The notes under the pieces were generated by a model. That model did no database searches. It saw only the letters and a list, made by a program, of their open reading frames with translations, and was not told the DNA's origin. This document shows positions 1 through 13,480 of a stretch of DNA of 64,000 bases, piece by piece. The position numbers and the translations under genes are program-made. The first letter of the stretch is position 1; each line of letters starts with the position of its first letter. Source of the DNA: Mobula hypostoma (lineage: Eukaryota); NCBI RefSeq assembly GCF_963921235.1, contig NC_086108.1, positions 91,762,001 through 91,826,000 on the forward strand, in the 5' to 3' direction.

Positions 1-284
1 ACTCAAGACCATCACCAATTTCCAGTATCTGGAAAAATCAAAAACATTCCACAAAAATTAAAGACCAAAAGGCAGATCTCCTATTGCTTTGGTCAAATTT
101 TTCTGCAAATCAAATTGTACATGAATATTTGTCCAATTTTGTTTTGGTTCTGGGGCCTGTTGTTTAAAAATTGTCTTCTGTTAATGCCTACATAGAAACA
201 GTGAAAACAAATTGACATTAACTTTGATGTCAGATCAAGACATAATTGAAGAGTAGCTTCCCTACTTATTCTATCTATTATGTT

Positions 285-660
285 TGGGTGACAGCGTGGA
301 GATAGGTCTCTACCGGAGAAGGTGTAAGGCACCTCTTCCCTCTGCTAGCCTGAAGTTCACCTTTGAGCAAGGTGTGGTACCTGCTTAGCACCCCCTCCCC
401 ACCCTGATCAAGGTCACTGAGCCATCTGAGCAGGTGGTGGATGGTCATACAAGCAGCTGGTGCGTATCACAGGTCCTGGTTACGCGACCACTGACGCCAG
501 GGTATTGATAATAGCTGGGATCACCCATCTTGAAAAAGACACTGCCCAGAAGAAGGCAATAGCAGACCTCTTCTGTAAAAAATTTGCCAAGAAAATCATG
601 GACGTGACAGATAGAAGGCCATGATCACCCATATCATACAACACAGCACATAATGATAGT
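285..660 (+). mobile_element. Degenerate non-autonomous RTE/BovB-related element
   Basis: Contains AGAAGAAGGCAATAGCAGACCTCTTCTGTAAAAAATTTGCCAAGAAAA, resembling the 3' end motif of RTE-BovB/Sauria-type elements; no ORF. Family assignment is from recall. Confidence 0.45.
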
Positions 661-939
661 GATCTATTGGATATATTCATTGAGGATACTATAGATATGT
701 TAATTTTACAGAAAGCTAAGTATAATAGATAAATTAAGTTCAGTCACTCTAGATCCAGATATGAGAGTTTTCTGCAAAATCTCATTTGCATTTGCTAACT
801 GCTTGATCTTCCTTGAATCAACCTATGTGGTTGGAATTTATAATGTATTTTATCATTAAAATATTAGTTGACAAAGATTTATGATGTTGGTTTTATAGTT
901 GAAAATGGGATTAACACAAAACTATTTTTGGTAGCTTAA

Positions 940-1515
940 GTAGAAACTGCTAGAAGCATCCAATAAAGTTAACTTTCCAGGTCCAGAAGCTGAAAAAGAG
1001 AGAAAATAAGTTAGTTTTCAATAACGGAGAAGGTGCGGAAGGGTCAATTAGAACTAAAGGAATATCTCTTCTGGGTAAATTGAAATGGATTAATGAAGGC
1101 ACTTACCAACACTTCCTCTGTGCAATGTATTGTAAAGTTTGAGGGACTTGGTTAGCACATTAGTCTATGTGAATCAAATAAAGAAAACTCAGCAAAAATA
1201 ATGGCAGGCAGGATTAGCCAATTCCAATACAGGTGAAAGAAAAGATAAGGTTCCTAAAGGTGCAGAATTCAGTATTGAACCTGGAAGACTTCAGTGCATC
1301 CAACAGGAAATAAGGGGTTTACACTGGAACTTGTTGTAACAGGTTAAGAGGCCACAGACAGAAATGTCAGAGTGGGAGTGGGGTGGTGAATCAGACTTGC
1401 TGATAATTGGATGTTCAGGGTCCTTCCGGCAGACTGAACATGGAAAACAATCATCTAGTCTCTGTTTGGAATCTCTAATGTTGAAGCCACCACATTTGCG
1501 AGCACCAGATGCAAA
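940..1515 (-). mobile_element. Old Penelope-like element 3' fragment with GIY-YIG endonuclease remnant
   Basis: Minus-strand translation across frameshifts gives CIWCS.CGGFNIRDSKQRLDDCF...SVCRKDPEHPI..SDSPPHSHSDISVCGLL...FLLDALKSSRFNTEF. This matches the PLE GIY-YIG pattern C-x2-CG-x2-YIGET-x2-RL-x2-RF-x-EH...L-x-T-x2-P-x-GLN. Confidence 0.65.
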
Positions 1516-1577
1516 TCTCTAGATTGGAAAAAGTGTAAATGAATTACTACTTCACTATTTGAGAAAAAGTGGTGGAT

Positions 1578-2312
1578 GTTAGTACAGTCCATAAGATATA
1601 GGAGCAGAATTAGGCCATTCAGCCGATCGAATCTGCTCCACCATTCCAACATGGTTAATCCCAGATCCCATGCAACCCCATACACCTGTATATCCTTTGA
1701 TGCCCTGACTGATCAGGAACTATCAACCTCTGTCTTAAATATACCCATGGACTTGGCCTCCACTGCAGTCTGTGGCAGAGCCTTTCCACATATTCACCAC
1801 TCTGTGGCTAAAAAAATTCCTCCTTACCTCCGTTCTAAAGGGTTGCCCCTCAATTTTGAGGCTGTGCCCTCTAGTTCTGGATACCCCCACCACAGGAAGC
1901 ATCCTCCCCACATCTATCTAGTTCTTTCAATATTTGGTAGGTTTCAATGAGATCCCTGGCATTCCTCTAAATTCCAGTGAATATAGGCCCAAAGCTGCCA
2001 AACATTCCTCATATATTAACCCCTTCATTCTTGGAATCATCCTTGTGAACCTCTTCTAGACTCTATCCAATGACAACACATCCTTTCTGAGATATAGGGC
2101 CCAAAACTGTTGACAATACTCCAAGTGCGACCTCACTAGTGCCTTATAAAACCTCAGCTTCCCTTGAAGTAAATGTCAACATTGCATTTGCCATCTTTAC
2201 AGCAAACTCAACCTGTAAATTAACCTTCTGGGAGTCTTGCATGAGGACTCTCAAATCCCTCTGCACCTCTGATGTTTGAACCTTCTCTCCATTTAGATAA
2301 TAGTCCGCCATA
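1578..2312 (-). mobile_element. CR1 LINE 3' fragment (degenerate)
   Basis: Reverse complement shows the RT C-terminal region (HLEYCQQFWA-like), CR1 3' UTR and CTCCTATATCTTATGG tail. Confidence 0.85.
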
Positions 2313-4910
2313 TTGAGGAGGACTTCATGGAATGCATCTGTGATGGCTTTCTTGAAAAAAAAATGTCACTGAACCTGCAAGGGAACGTGTTATCTTCGAT
2401 CTGGTCCTGTGCAATGAGACACGTATAATTAGTGATCTTGTAGTTAGGGATCCTCTTGCAAAGTGTGATCACAGGATGACTGAGTTTCTCATACAAGTGG
2501 AGGGTGCAGTAGTTCAATCTGAAGCCAGTGCATTATGCCTAAGCAATGGAGACTACAATGGAATGAGGGAGGATTTGGCTAGTGTAGACTAGGACAATAG
2601 AGGTGGGGAGAGCCAGCCTTGGATGACTAAGGAAATAAAAGAAGGTATCAAAATAAAAGCTTGTCCCTGCAAGGTCACCAAGAGTAGTGGGAAACTGGAA
2701 GACTGGAAAAACTTTAAAAACCAACAAAGAACCACTAAGTGAGCAATAAAGAAAGGAACGATGGACTGTGACAATAAACTAGCACAAAATATAAAAATGG
2801 ATAGTAAAAGTTTTTTTAATTATGTAATTCCCTGGCTCATTTTTTACTGTTATGCTGTACCTATTTCATTTTGTGCTCCTCTGTGTGAGCTGCTTGTTAT
2901 CAGCTTAACTTTGGGTTACCGTTGAAGATAAGAGATAGGTGAAATGTGCGCCATCCAAAGTTAGGACGGTCGGATAAAGGGGAGGTTTCTCTGGTGAGGG
3001 ACACTAAGGTTGGGCTTGGGGCCTTTTGTTCGAGAGTAGATGAAGAGAGAAGACGCTGGGGAGAACCGGTCATAGCATACGATCCAGTGGGAGACCTGTT
3101 TGTTCGAGATGGATTGCGAGCGATGTTCGGAAGGCGATGTGTACTTTCACGTTAACCGAGAGGCCAGCACGTGAGTGACAGAGAAGTTTAAGATGAGCTC
3201 CAACTTGTGTGCACTTGACTGTTTAATTAGAATGGGCCCTTTTCTTTTTGTTATTCTTTACTAACCCTTTAGTTATGATTCATAAATATAATTCCTTTAA
3301 TCATATGTGGTGTTTTGTCTGTTATTTTGTGGCATTAATTTGTAACAGGGTAGCGAATTACACAGCATCCACACAAACAGGTGGTTTTGGGGTGGGCTTG
3401 CACCTCAATCTTACACAATCGGCGGGGTCAGAGATTGTCTTCCCTAGACTTAGGCAGCCGAGGAAACCAGGGTGTTTCAGTCTTATAAACCAGAAAAGGG
3501 AGGCTAAAGTGAACGTAGGTCTCTTGGAGGACGAAAAGGGGGAATTGACTTTGGGTAATGAGGAAATGACAGAGGCTTTGAATGATTATTTTGTGTCTGT
3601 CTTCACAGTGGAGGACACTTCTAACATGCCAAAGAGAGATGTTATGGATGCAGTGGGAGGTGAGGACCTCAATACAATAGCTATCACTTAAGAGGTAGTA
3701 CTGTAGTTGGGGAAAATAGTTGGAGCTATCATTAAAGATGAAATAGCGAGGCAACTGGAAAAGAAATAGATCCATCAGGCAGACGCAGCATGCATTCAGA
3801 AAAGGCAGATCCTGGTTGACAAACTTGCTGGAGCTCTTTGATGATATAATGAGCACAGTGGATAGAGGGGAACAGATGGATGTTATTTACAAACATACTT
3901 GGATTTCTAGAAGGTATTCGATAAGGTACAGCACAAAAGACTCATCCATAAGATAAGAATGCATAGAGTTGGGGGTGATATATGCAGAGAGATATAGATA
4001 GATTGAGTCAATATGCAAGGTTCTGGCAGATAGAGTACGATGTTAGTAAACGCGAGGTCATCCACTTTGGAAGGAGAAACGGAAGATCAGATTATTATTT
4101 AAAAGATTAAAAAAATGGCAGCATGCTGCTGTGCAGAGGGACTTGGGAGTGCTTGTGCATGAATCACAAAAGGTCGGTTTGCAGGCCATCAAGAAGGCAA
4201 ATGGAATGTTAGAACCATAGAAAACCTACAGCACAGTACAGGCCCTTTGGCCCACAGTGCTGTGCCGAACATGTACTTATGTTAATCTTCATTGCTAGAG
4301 GGATTGAATTTAAGAGCAGGGAGATTATGCTGCAACTGTACAGGGTACCGGTGAGGCCGCTCCTGGAGTACTGCGTGCAGTTCTGGTCTCCATACTTGAG
4401 GAAGGATATACTGGCTTTGGAGGTGGTGCAGGGGAGGCTCACCAGGTTGATTCCAGAGATGAGGGGGTTAGACTATGAGGAGAGATTGAGTCTCCTGAGA
4501 CTGTACTCGCTGGAAATCAGAAGAATAAGAGGAGATCTTTTAGAAACATATAAAATTATGAAAGGGATAGATAGGATAGAGGCAGGAAAGTTGTTTTCAC
4601 TGGTAGGTGAGACTAGAACTAGAGGACATAGCCTCAAGATTCGGGGGAGTAGATTTAGAATGGAAATGAGGAGGAAATGCTTGTCCCAAAGAGCAGTGAA
4701 TCTGTGGAATTTTTTGCCTCATGAAGCAATGGAAGCTACCCTCAGTAAGACAAGGTTGGATAGATTTTTGCATAGTAGGGGAATGAAGGGTTATGGGGAA
4801 AAGGCAGGTAGGTGGAGATGAGACCATGGCCAGATCAGCCATGATCTTATTGAATGGCAGAGCAGGCTCGACAGGCCAGATGTCCTACTCCTGCTCCTAT
4901 TTCTTATGCT
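2313..4910 (+). mobile_element. CR1 LINE ORF2 fragment(s), interrupted by a solo LTR (2823-3479) and a short inverted repeat tail (~4211-4278)
   Basis: ORFs 3248-3691 (ALNDYFVSVFTVED) and 4279-4821 (VRPLLEYCVQFWSPYLRKDI...TRGHSLK) are CR1 ORF2 motifs; 3' UTR ends TTCTTATG. Confidence 0.85.
2823..3479. mobile_element. Probable solo LTR
   Basis: Starts TGTAAT, ends GTTTCA, interrupts CR1 sequence. Shares ordered blocks with 6455-7028 (AATGTGCGCCATCCAA, GAGCTCCAA, TCTTTACTAACCCTTTAGT, CACAGCATCCACACAAACA). No clear TSD. Confidence 0.6.
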
Positions 4911-5275
4911 CTTATTGTTCCTTTTACCAAAATGCATTATCTTACATTTCCCAGCATTATATTCCACCCAATTCTTTTTTGCCCATTCTTCCAATTTGTC
5001 TAAGTCCTGCTACAATCACATCGCTGGCTCAGCACTACCTACCCCTCCATCTATCTTCGTATCATCTGCAAACTTTGCCACAAAACCATCAATTCCATTA
5101 TCAGTGTGAAAAAATGCAGCCACTATACTGATCCCTGAGGAACACCACTAGTCGCTGGCAGTCAGCCAGAAAAGGCTACCTTTATTCCCACTTACTGCCT
5201 GCGGCCTGTCAGCTATTCCTCGATCTATGCCAGTATCTTTTGTGGAACATCATAGGATTTTATCTTGCTAAGCAG
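4911..5275 (-). mobile_element. CR1 LINE RT fragment
   Basis: Reverse complement encodes SGVPQGSV...VAKFADDTKIDGG...EEWAKK (CR1 RT core). Confidence 0.8.
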
Positions 5276-6454
5276 TAATACGTATCTCTCGGCAAAACTA
5301 TGTTATCTATACCCGTCCATGTCAGTCTTTCGAACACAATAATTATACCTAGGAAAAAGAGAGCATAGGTCTCTCCTCCCTTCAGAAAAGTAGGCTGAGG
5401 ATGGTCAAATGGAGGTGATTAAATCAGCTAAAGGTGTGAGTCAATACAAAGTGATTATGAGGATCAGCATAAAATATATAACAGGCACTATGAAATCCTC
5501 TGGAATTTAGAAGAAACTACTTCACCAAAGAATGGTGAGAATGTATTACTTGCTACCGAAGAGACTGGAGGAAATGAATAAAATAAGCAATAATAATATT
5601 TCAGGAGAGGCTTGATGACAAGCATATAGATGAGAATAGAGGGCTCGGATGAAAGGTTTAGTGAGGAAATATGGGAGGAGACTGAAATGGAGCATAAATG
5701 ACAGTCTGGATTTATTGGGCCAACAGGCCTTTTTCTGTCATGTACATCCCATGTAATCCTAGTAAGTTGACAGGGAGATTGAAGCAGCATGAGCTGAATA
5801 AATCTTCCTCTTACTGTCTTCCATGTAATTTTCACCAAACTAGAGGTTCCTTGAAACCAGAATGTTGCTTTCCAAAACAGTCAGGCCGGTTGATTAGGAG
5901 TTCATCACTCAATGTCGAGCTTCTTATGGATATGAATTAAATTTTATATGAAGTATTCAATTTTCTTCATTTTCACTATATTGTCAGTTTTGCTGGTAAT
6001 ATCATGAAAATAACACAAGATTAGATTATTAATGCCATTTACAGAACTGCAGTATTTCACAGAAAGGATAAATCAGACTCAGTATATTTTTTTTAAAAAT
6101 CACAAAAACTGCCAAACATAAAGGAACATTAAGATTAAGAGCAGGGGTAGATCTATTGATCCTGCTCCACCAGTAATGAAGATAATGGCTGATCATGGGC
6201 ACTTTTATCCTGCATGATCCTATCTCCTTTGATTCTCTTAATCTCCAGAAATCTATTCATTTCTGTTTTTAATAAATTCAATGACTGAGTCTTTTCAGCC
6301 GTCCGAGACACTGAATTCCAAAGGCTCATCACCACACTTTGAAAAACAAAATGTGTTGTCACCTCCATGCTAAATAGTCTACTCCTTCTGAGACTGTGAC
6401 TCCTGGTTTCAGATTCCCTAGCCAGAAGAAATATCCTCTCTGAATCCATCCCAT

Positions 6455-7028
6455 TGTAATGCCTTGGGAAAGGTTTCACTGCTAATGCAATGGTTTTTCT
6501 GTCGCAGCAGTGTTTGGGTTATGGCTAGAGATGACGGGGGCTTTGGAATGTGCGCCATCCAATGAAGGATGTGTTTTTTTCTCGTTGTGTGCCTAAGAAC
6601 GAGGTGATCTGGGTCTTTTGCTCAGCGAGAGATGGAGAGAAGACGCCAGAAAGGAGAGGTCATAGACAGCGGGATGGAGTGGACTAGGAGTGGGGCCGGG
6701 AGTCGATGAAGCCGGGGAAATCGATGGAGGTGCAGCAGAAGGGAAACCGTGAGCTCCAATGTGCACATTAGACTGTTTCATTAAAATGGACGCTTTTCTT
6801 TTCGTTTTTCTTTACTAACCCTTTAGTCAAGTTAAGAATTAACGAGCTAAATCGTTTAGTTGCATATGGAGTACTGTCTGTTATTTCATGGTACTGATTT
6901 GTAACGGGGGAACAGATCACACAGCATCCACACAAACAAGAGGTTTTACACCTCAGAATTCACATGCTTGGCGGGGCCAGAGGCTGCCTTCCTGAGACTA
7001 ACGCCGCCTGCCGAACTTGAGGGTTACA
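6455..7028. mobile_element. Solo LTR (possibly Gypsy-type)
   Basis: TGTAAT...GTTACA termini (TGTAA/TTACA inverted ends). Flanks CCAT / CTGT could be a decayed 4-bp TSD. Homologous to 2823-3479. Confidence 0.65.
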
Positions 7029-7074
7029 CTGTCAAATTCTATTTTAATGATATATCATCCCATTCTTCTAAACC

Positions 7075-9628
7075 ATTTGCAAAGGGAGCTGGAAAAGGCA
7101 AGTAATAAAGGTCATGACACAATAGTAATGGGGGACTTCAATATTCAAGGGGATTTGAAAAATCAGGATGGTGCCAGATCTCAAGAGAAGAAACTTGATG
7201 AATCCTGATGAGATGGCTTTTTAGAGCAGCTTGTGCTTGAGCCTACTCGGGAAAAGCCTATCTTGGATTGGGTGAAATGTAATAACCCAGATCTTATTAG
7301 GGAGCTCAACGTAAGGAAACCTTTAGGAGACAGTCATCATAATATGATTAAATTCAATTTGAGAGGAAGAAGCATAACTCACAAGTATCAGAATAAAGGG
7401 AATTACAGAGGAATGAGGGAGGAGCTAGCCCAGGTGGATTGGAGGAGAATACTGGCAGAGATGATGGCAGAGCAGAGATGTGTTGAAGTTTCTGGATATA
7501 GTTTACAAGGCACTGGATAGATATGTCCCACAGAGGAAGAAGTTTTCAAATGGCAAGGGTAGACAACCGTGGCTGCCAAAGGAAGCTAAGAACTGCATAG
7601 GAGCCAAGGAAAGGGCATATAAAGTAGCAAAAGTGATTGGGAAGCTTTTAAAATCCAACAAAAGGCAACTAAAAAGTAATAAGAAAGAAAAAGATGAAAT
7701 ATGAAGACAAACTAACCAATATTATAATGCAGGATACCAAAAGTTTTTTCAGTTATATAAAGAGTAAAAGGGAGGTGAGAGTGAGATTCACGGACAGTAT
7801 GTCGCCTCCTGAAAAATAATGTTGCTGAGGTAGTAATGGGGGACAAAGAAATGGCAGATGAACTTAATAGGTACTTTGCATCTATCTTCACTGTGGAAGA
7901 CATTAGCAATGTGCCAGAGGTCCATGGGTGTCAGGGAGCAGGAGTGAGTGCCATTGCTACTGCAAAGGAAAAAGGGGTGGCCAACTCAAAGGGCTTAAGA
8001 TGGATAAGACACCTGGGCCAGACGGACTACATCCCAGAGTCCTGAGAGAGGTAGCTGAAGAGATAATGGATGCATTGGTCATGATCTTTCAGAATCACTT
8101 GATTCTAGCATGGTCCCAGAGAACTGGAAGATTGCAAATGTCACACCACTCTTTAAAAAGGGAGGAAGACAAAAGGAGGGAAATTATGGGCCAGTTAGCC
8201 TAGCCGCAGTGGTTGGAGAAATGTTGAAGTCTATTATTAAGGATGAGGTTTTGAGGTACTTGGAGACTAATGATAAAATAAATCAAAGTCAGCATGGTTT
8301 CTGTAAAGGGAAATCTTGCTTGACAAATCTGTTAGGGTTCTTTAAGAAAGTAACAAGCAGGGTGGACAGAGTGAGGCAGCGGATGCCATTTACCTGGATT
8401 TTCAGATGGCATTTGATAAGGTGCCACTCATGAGGCTGCTTAACAAGATAAAATTCTATGGCATTACAGGAAAGATACTGACATGGATAGTGGAATGGCT
8501 GATAGGCAGGAGGCAGCAGATGGGAATAAAGGGGACCTTTTCTAGTTGGCTGCCGATGACTAGTGGTATTCCTCAGGGGTCAGTATTGGAACTGTTTCTT
8601 TTCACATTGCTTGTTAATGAATCAGATAATTGAATTGATACCCTTGTGGCAAAATTTGCGGCTGATACGAAGATAGGTGGAGGGGTACGTAGTGCTGAGG
8701 ATGCAATGCGATTGCAGCAGGATTTAGACAAAGTGGAAGGATGGGCAAACAAGTGACAGATGGAATAACAGTGTTAGGAAGCATATGATAATACATTTTG
8801 GTAAAAGGAACAATAGCACGGACTAATTTCTAAATGAGGAGAAGTTTCAAACAAGGTTCAAAACTTTGTGGGCCGAAGGGCCTGTATTGTGCTGTAGGTT
8901 TTTTCTATGAGAGGTACAAAAGGACTTAGGAGTTCTCGTGCAAGACTCCCAGAAGGTTAATTCACAGGTTGAGTCTGAGGTAAAGAAGGCAAGTGCAATG
9001 TTGGCATTTATTTCAAGCGGAATAGAATATAAAAGCAAGGAGATAATGCAGAGCCTCTGTAAGACACTAGTCAGGCTGCACTTGGAGTATTGTCAACTGT
9101 TTTGGGCCCCATATCTCAGAAAGGATGCATTGTCATTGGAGAGAGTTCAGAGGATATTCCCAAAGATGATTCCAGGAATGAAGGAGTTAACATATGTGAA
9201 GCACTTGGCAGCTTTGGGGCTGTACTCATTGGAATATAGAATATAGGGGAATTTCATTGGAACCTACCGAATGTTGAAAGGATGTGGAAAGGATGTTTCC
9301 TATGGTGAGGTATCCAGAACTAGAAGACACAACCTCAAAATTGAGGTGTGACCCTTTAGAACAGAGGTAAGGAGGAATTTTTTAGCTAGACAGTAGTAAA
9401 TCTGTGAAATACTCTGCCAGAAACTGTGGTGGAGGCCAAGTCTATGGGTTTTTTTAAGGCGGAAGTTGATAATTTCCTGATCAGTCAGGGCATCAAAGGA
9501 TATGGCGAGACGGCAGGTGTACGGGGTTGCATGGGATCCGGGATCAGCCATGATGGAATGGCGGAGCAGACTCAATGGGCTGAATGGCCTCATTCTGCTC
9601 CAATGTCTTATGGTCTTATGATCTTATG
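7075..9628 (+). mobile_element. 5'-truncated degenerate CR1 LINE (APE end to 3' UTR)
   Basis: Successive ORF fragments: IVMGDFN, EPTREKPILD, SHHNMI, PGPDGLHPRVL, WKIANVTPLFKKG, QHGFCKGKSCLTNL, AFDKVP, GIPQGSVL, VRLHLEYC; tail TCTTATG repeats. Confidence 0.92.
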
Positions 9629-10204
9629 AACCAATCCACTCAGTCCTTTCTCATGCAACAAACCAGTCATCCCTGGAATCAGTCTGGTGAACCTTCATTC
9701 CATTCCTTCTATGGCAAAGGTGTTCTCTAGTTTGGGTAAGGAAGTCAGCTTTGTACACAAAATCTGAGGTCTCTTGTTTGACATAATTTTAGTAAGACAT
9801 CTTTACTTCTGTACTCAATGCCTCCCATAAGAAAGGCTAACAATAACAGACATCCCAATGAAACAACAGTCAATATTTTTCAATTCCCATTTTTTTAAAA
9901 ATCCTTTAGCCTCATTGGGAAAGATAACTTCAAAATTTTACAATTACGAGTGATACAATGTGGTCAGGGTATTAGCTCAGTTGTTCTCACAGGTCCAAGT
10001 GCAACTGAATTTAGTGTCCTGTGACAATTCTTAACATCTTCACAAAGAAAATTTATGTTACTTGTCTCTAAAAGGCTTATCTGTTTTACAGGATTCCATA
10101 TCAATATTGATCATAGATCATGCAATTTATTGGAGTACTTAGTTTTACTGTAGTGGCTATAAATTGCTTTAATTTTTCTAAACTAAGAGAGCAGAGTGCT
10201 TAAT

Positions 10205-10660
10205 CGCCCCATATATAATGGACATGGCATCCTCAAAATCAGTCTGGTATACACTCGCTTACTTACTCACTGCCCATTACGCTGCTGATGTTTTGCGCAG
10301 CAAAGAAGGTCCTCCTTCTCTGGTGGTGTCCAGAGGTTTTCTCATCATGTCAGTTTTCACTACTGTCAGTCATGCAAGTCCCAGGTGGAGACTCAGGAAA
10401 ACCATTGCACACAGATATGGAGGGATTCTTTATTGCCGTTCCTGCAATAATTTAGTTTTACCAGTCATGGTGTTAGCCCTGAGCTGAACCTCTGAACCTG
10501 GAGGACCGGTGGACCACTCTTAGTCTGGCCTCTACCCTTTGACCTGTTTGGCATGGCCAAGCCTACCAAGAGCCAGTGCTAAAGCCCTGACTCCAGCCAA
10601 CATAGCTCTCCGAGTCAAACAAAAGTCTCCAAACCATAACAAGATTGAGGTCTTCTTGGA
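10205..10660 (-). mobile_element. Degenerate RTE-related non-autonomous element
   Basis: GC-richer block with GTTAGCCCTGAGCTGAACCTCTGAACCTGGAGGACCGG resembling antisense RTE 5' UTR sequence; recall only. Confidence 0.35.
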
Positions 10661-10667
10661 GCAAGAA

Positions 10668-11180
10668 TACACTCAGTTGCCACTTTATTAGGTACACCTG
10701 TACACCTACATCAGCTTGTTAACGCAAATATCTAATCAGCCAATCATGTGACAGCAACTCAAGGCACAAAAGCATGCAAGCATGGTTGAGGGGTTCAGTT
10801 GTTGTTCAGACCAAACATCAAAATGTGGAAGAAATATGATCTAAGTGACCTTGACCATGAAGTGATTGTTGGTGCCAGCCTGGAAGGTTTGAGTATCTCA
10901 GAAAATGCTGATCCCTGGGGATTTTTACACACAACATTAAATGACTGTATGTAATGAGACAGGTCAGAGGAGATTGGCCAGACTGGTTCTAGCTGACAGG
11001 AAGGCAAAAGTAACTCAAATAACTAGACATTACAAGAGTGGTGTGTAGAAAAGTATCTCTGAAGGCACAAAATGTCAAACCTTGAATTTGATGGGTTAAA
11101 GCAGCAGAAGATCATGAATGTACACTTAGAGCCCTCCTTATTAATTACAGGAGGTGCAGATTAAAGGGTCAATTAGTGTA
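10668..11180 (+). mobile_element. Non-autonomous Tc1/mariner DNA transposon derivative
   Basis: TA-flanked termini TACACTCAGTTGCCACTTTATTAGG ... degenerate AAAGGGTCAATTAGTGTA. Internal MWKKYDLSDLDHEVIVGASLEGLSISENAD (from 10823) resembles the Tc1 transposase N-terminal HTH. Confidence 0.7.
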
Positions 11181-11227
11181 TCATCATATGAGTAAAGACC
11201 ACTATTGCAGACAATACTCTAGGTGTA

Positions 11228-12369
11228 ATATAGAAACATAGCAACATAGAAAATAGGTGCAGGAGTAGGCCATTCGGCCCTTCAAGCCTGCACCACCATT
11301 CAGTATGATCATGGCTGATCATCCAACTCAGAACCCTGTACCAGCCTTCCCTCCATACCCCCTGATCCCTAAATATAGCCAATGAACTGGCCTCAACTGT
11401 TTCCTGTGGCAGAGGGTTCCACAGATTCACCACTCTCTGTGTGAAGAAGTTTTTCCTAATCTTGGTCCTAAAAGGCTTCCCCTCTATCTTCAAGCTGTGA
11501 CCCCTCGTTCTGGACTTCCCCAACATCGGGAACAATCTTCCTGCATCTAGCCTGTCCAATCACTTTAGGATTTTATACGTTTCAATAAGGTCCCCCCTCA
11601 ATCTTCTAAATTCCAACGGGTATAAACCTAGTTGATCCAGTCTTTCATCATATGGAAGTCCTGCCATCCCAGGAATCAATCTGGTGAACCTTCTTTGTAC
11701 CCCCTCTATGGCAAGGATGTCTTTCCTCAGATTAGGGGACCAAAACTGCACACAATACTCCAGGTGTGGTCTCACCAAGGCCTTGTACATCTGCAGTAGT
11801 ACCTCCCTGCTCCTGTACTCAAATCCTTTTGCTATGAATGCCAGCATACCATTCGCCTTTTTCACCGCCTGCTGTTCCTGCATGCCCACTTTCAATGACT
11901 GGTGTATAATGACACCCAGGTCTCGTTGCACCTCCCCTTTTCCTAATTGGCCACCATTCAGATAATAATCTGTTTTCTTGTTTTTGCCACCAAAGTGGAT
12001 AACCTCACATTTATCCACATTAATTTGCATCTGCCATGAATTTGCCCACTCACCTAACCTATCCAAGTCACCCTGCATCCTCTTAGCATCCTCCTCACAG
12101 CTAACACTGCCGCCCAGCTTCGTGTCATCCGCAAACTTGGAGATGCTGCATTTAATTCCCTCACCCAAGTCATTAATATATATTGTAAACAACTGGGGTT
12201 CCAGCACTGAGCCTTGCGGTACCCCACTAGTCACTGCCTGCTATTCTGAAAAGGTCCCGTTTATTCCCACTCTTTGCTTCCTGTCTGCCAACCAATTCTC
12301 TATCCACATCAATACCTTACCCCAATACCGTGTGCTTTAAGTTTGCACACTAATCTCCTGTGTGGGACC
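11228..12369 (-). mobile_element. Young 5'-truncated CR1 LINE (same family as 14714-15583 and 39580-43706)
   Basis: ORF 11560-12234 (SGVPQGSVLEP..FADDTKLGG..VRPHLEYCVQFWSP) is nearly identical to 42026-43513; premature stop at 11560-11562; TTTCTATG tail. Confidence 0.95.
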
Positions 12370-13269
12370 AACATTCAATGTAATTATAGTGAGACATTTT
12401 CACTCTTCCACTCATGTCATCCAGCAATGAAGGTCAACATCACACTTGTTTTTCTGATCATTTGCTGCGCCTGCATTTTAGTTCTCAGTGACTTGTATAC
12501 ATGAACACTCAGATTCCTTTGCACATCAATACTTACTGATCACTCAGCATTTAAAGCACTCAGAATTTCTGCTATTGGAATGGACAATCGCAAAGTGTAC
12601 AATGGTGGTAGTCAATACTGGAATGTGCCTCTCTTAGCATGGCACAATGATACAGCTCGCAGAGCCGTTGCCTCACACACTCAATGATCCGCAAAGACAA
12701 CAAAAATACTTTGAGAGATAACAAGGCAAAAGGAATTTAAGAAAGTAGGGTGTGAAGAAAAAGACAGCCATCAGCAGTGTAACTGAATGAAAGCCAGGAT
12801 TATTTCTATTATGTGTGTGCAGGGGTGTTGAGAGAGCAATTTAGGATATATTGCTTGAGAAAGATAAAGAAGATTGAGGCAAAAAGGAAAAGGAATTGAA
12901 ACTAGGCATGAAAACTTTGAACTTAGTACATCAACTAACAGAGAGTTTGGTAAAGAGCGAACTAAACTTACCTGATACATCATCAACATTTAAGTTTTGA
13001 CAGATTGAATTAAAAGAAGTTTGTTAAAATAAAAATATGGAAGCCTCATACATGAATCCTATGAAAATATCTTCAGCAGATATCATCTTAATAAGCTTTT
13101 GGTCTATTCATTTACAGTTTGTTATTCTGCAGATTGCATTTCATTGTCTTTGAGTGTCTGGGAGAGATTTCATAACCCCGTCTTGGAACCTAAGGCAGGG
13201 AAAATTGGTTGAATAAATTCCATGATAGAGAAGGATTGAAACCAATCGGCCAGTAGTTCCTTTCACATG

Positions 13270-13480
13270 GAGACACGAGATCTCAGAGACTGGAATCTGG
13301 AGCAAAATAAAACAAACTGTAAGAAGAACTCAGAAGGTCAAGGAGCATTTGTGGAGTCAAAATGATAGTCAATGTTTTCAGTCAATGTTTGGAATCAGGT
13401 CTGATTTAGGGTCTTGGCCCAAAACAGCAGTTTATATTTTGGTCTTTTCACATACTACATTAATACCAAGAGTTATCCTC
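13270..13480. mobile_element. Degraded Penelope-derived hairpin repeat
   Basis: GAAGAACTCAGAAGGTCAAGGAGCATTTGTGG...CTGATTTAGGGTCTTGGCCCAAAAC is a decayed version of the 34094-34292 element. Confidence 0.5.

Larger units (their letters stand above)
6125..9850 (-). mobile_element. Old CR1 3' fragment split by a solo LTR (6455-7028) and by a + strand CR1 (7075-9628); pieces ~6125-6454, 7029-7070, 9630-9850
   Basis: ORF 6153-6479 (ESETRSHSLR..SLWNS) is CR1 C-terminal-like; minus-strand CR1 sequence resumes after each insertion. Confidence 0.6.

Noticed and set aside
2823..7028. Full-length LTR retrotransposon bounded by the two LTR-like repeats
   Set aside because: The repeats are too diverged, and the interior is CR1 fragments with no gag/pol, PBS or PPT.
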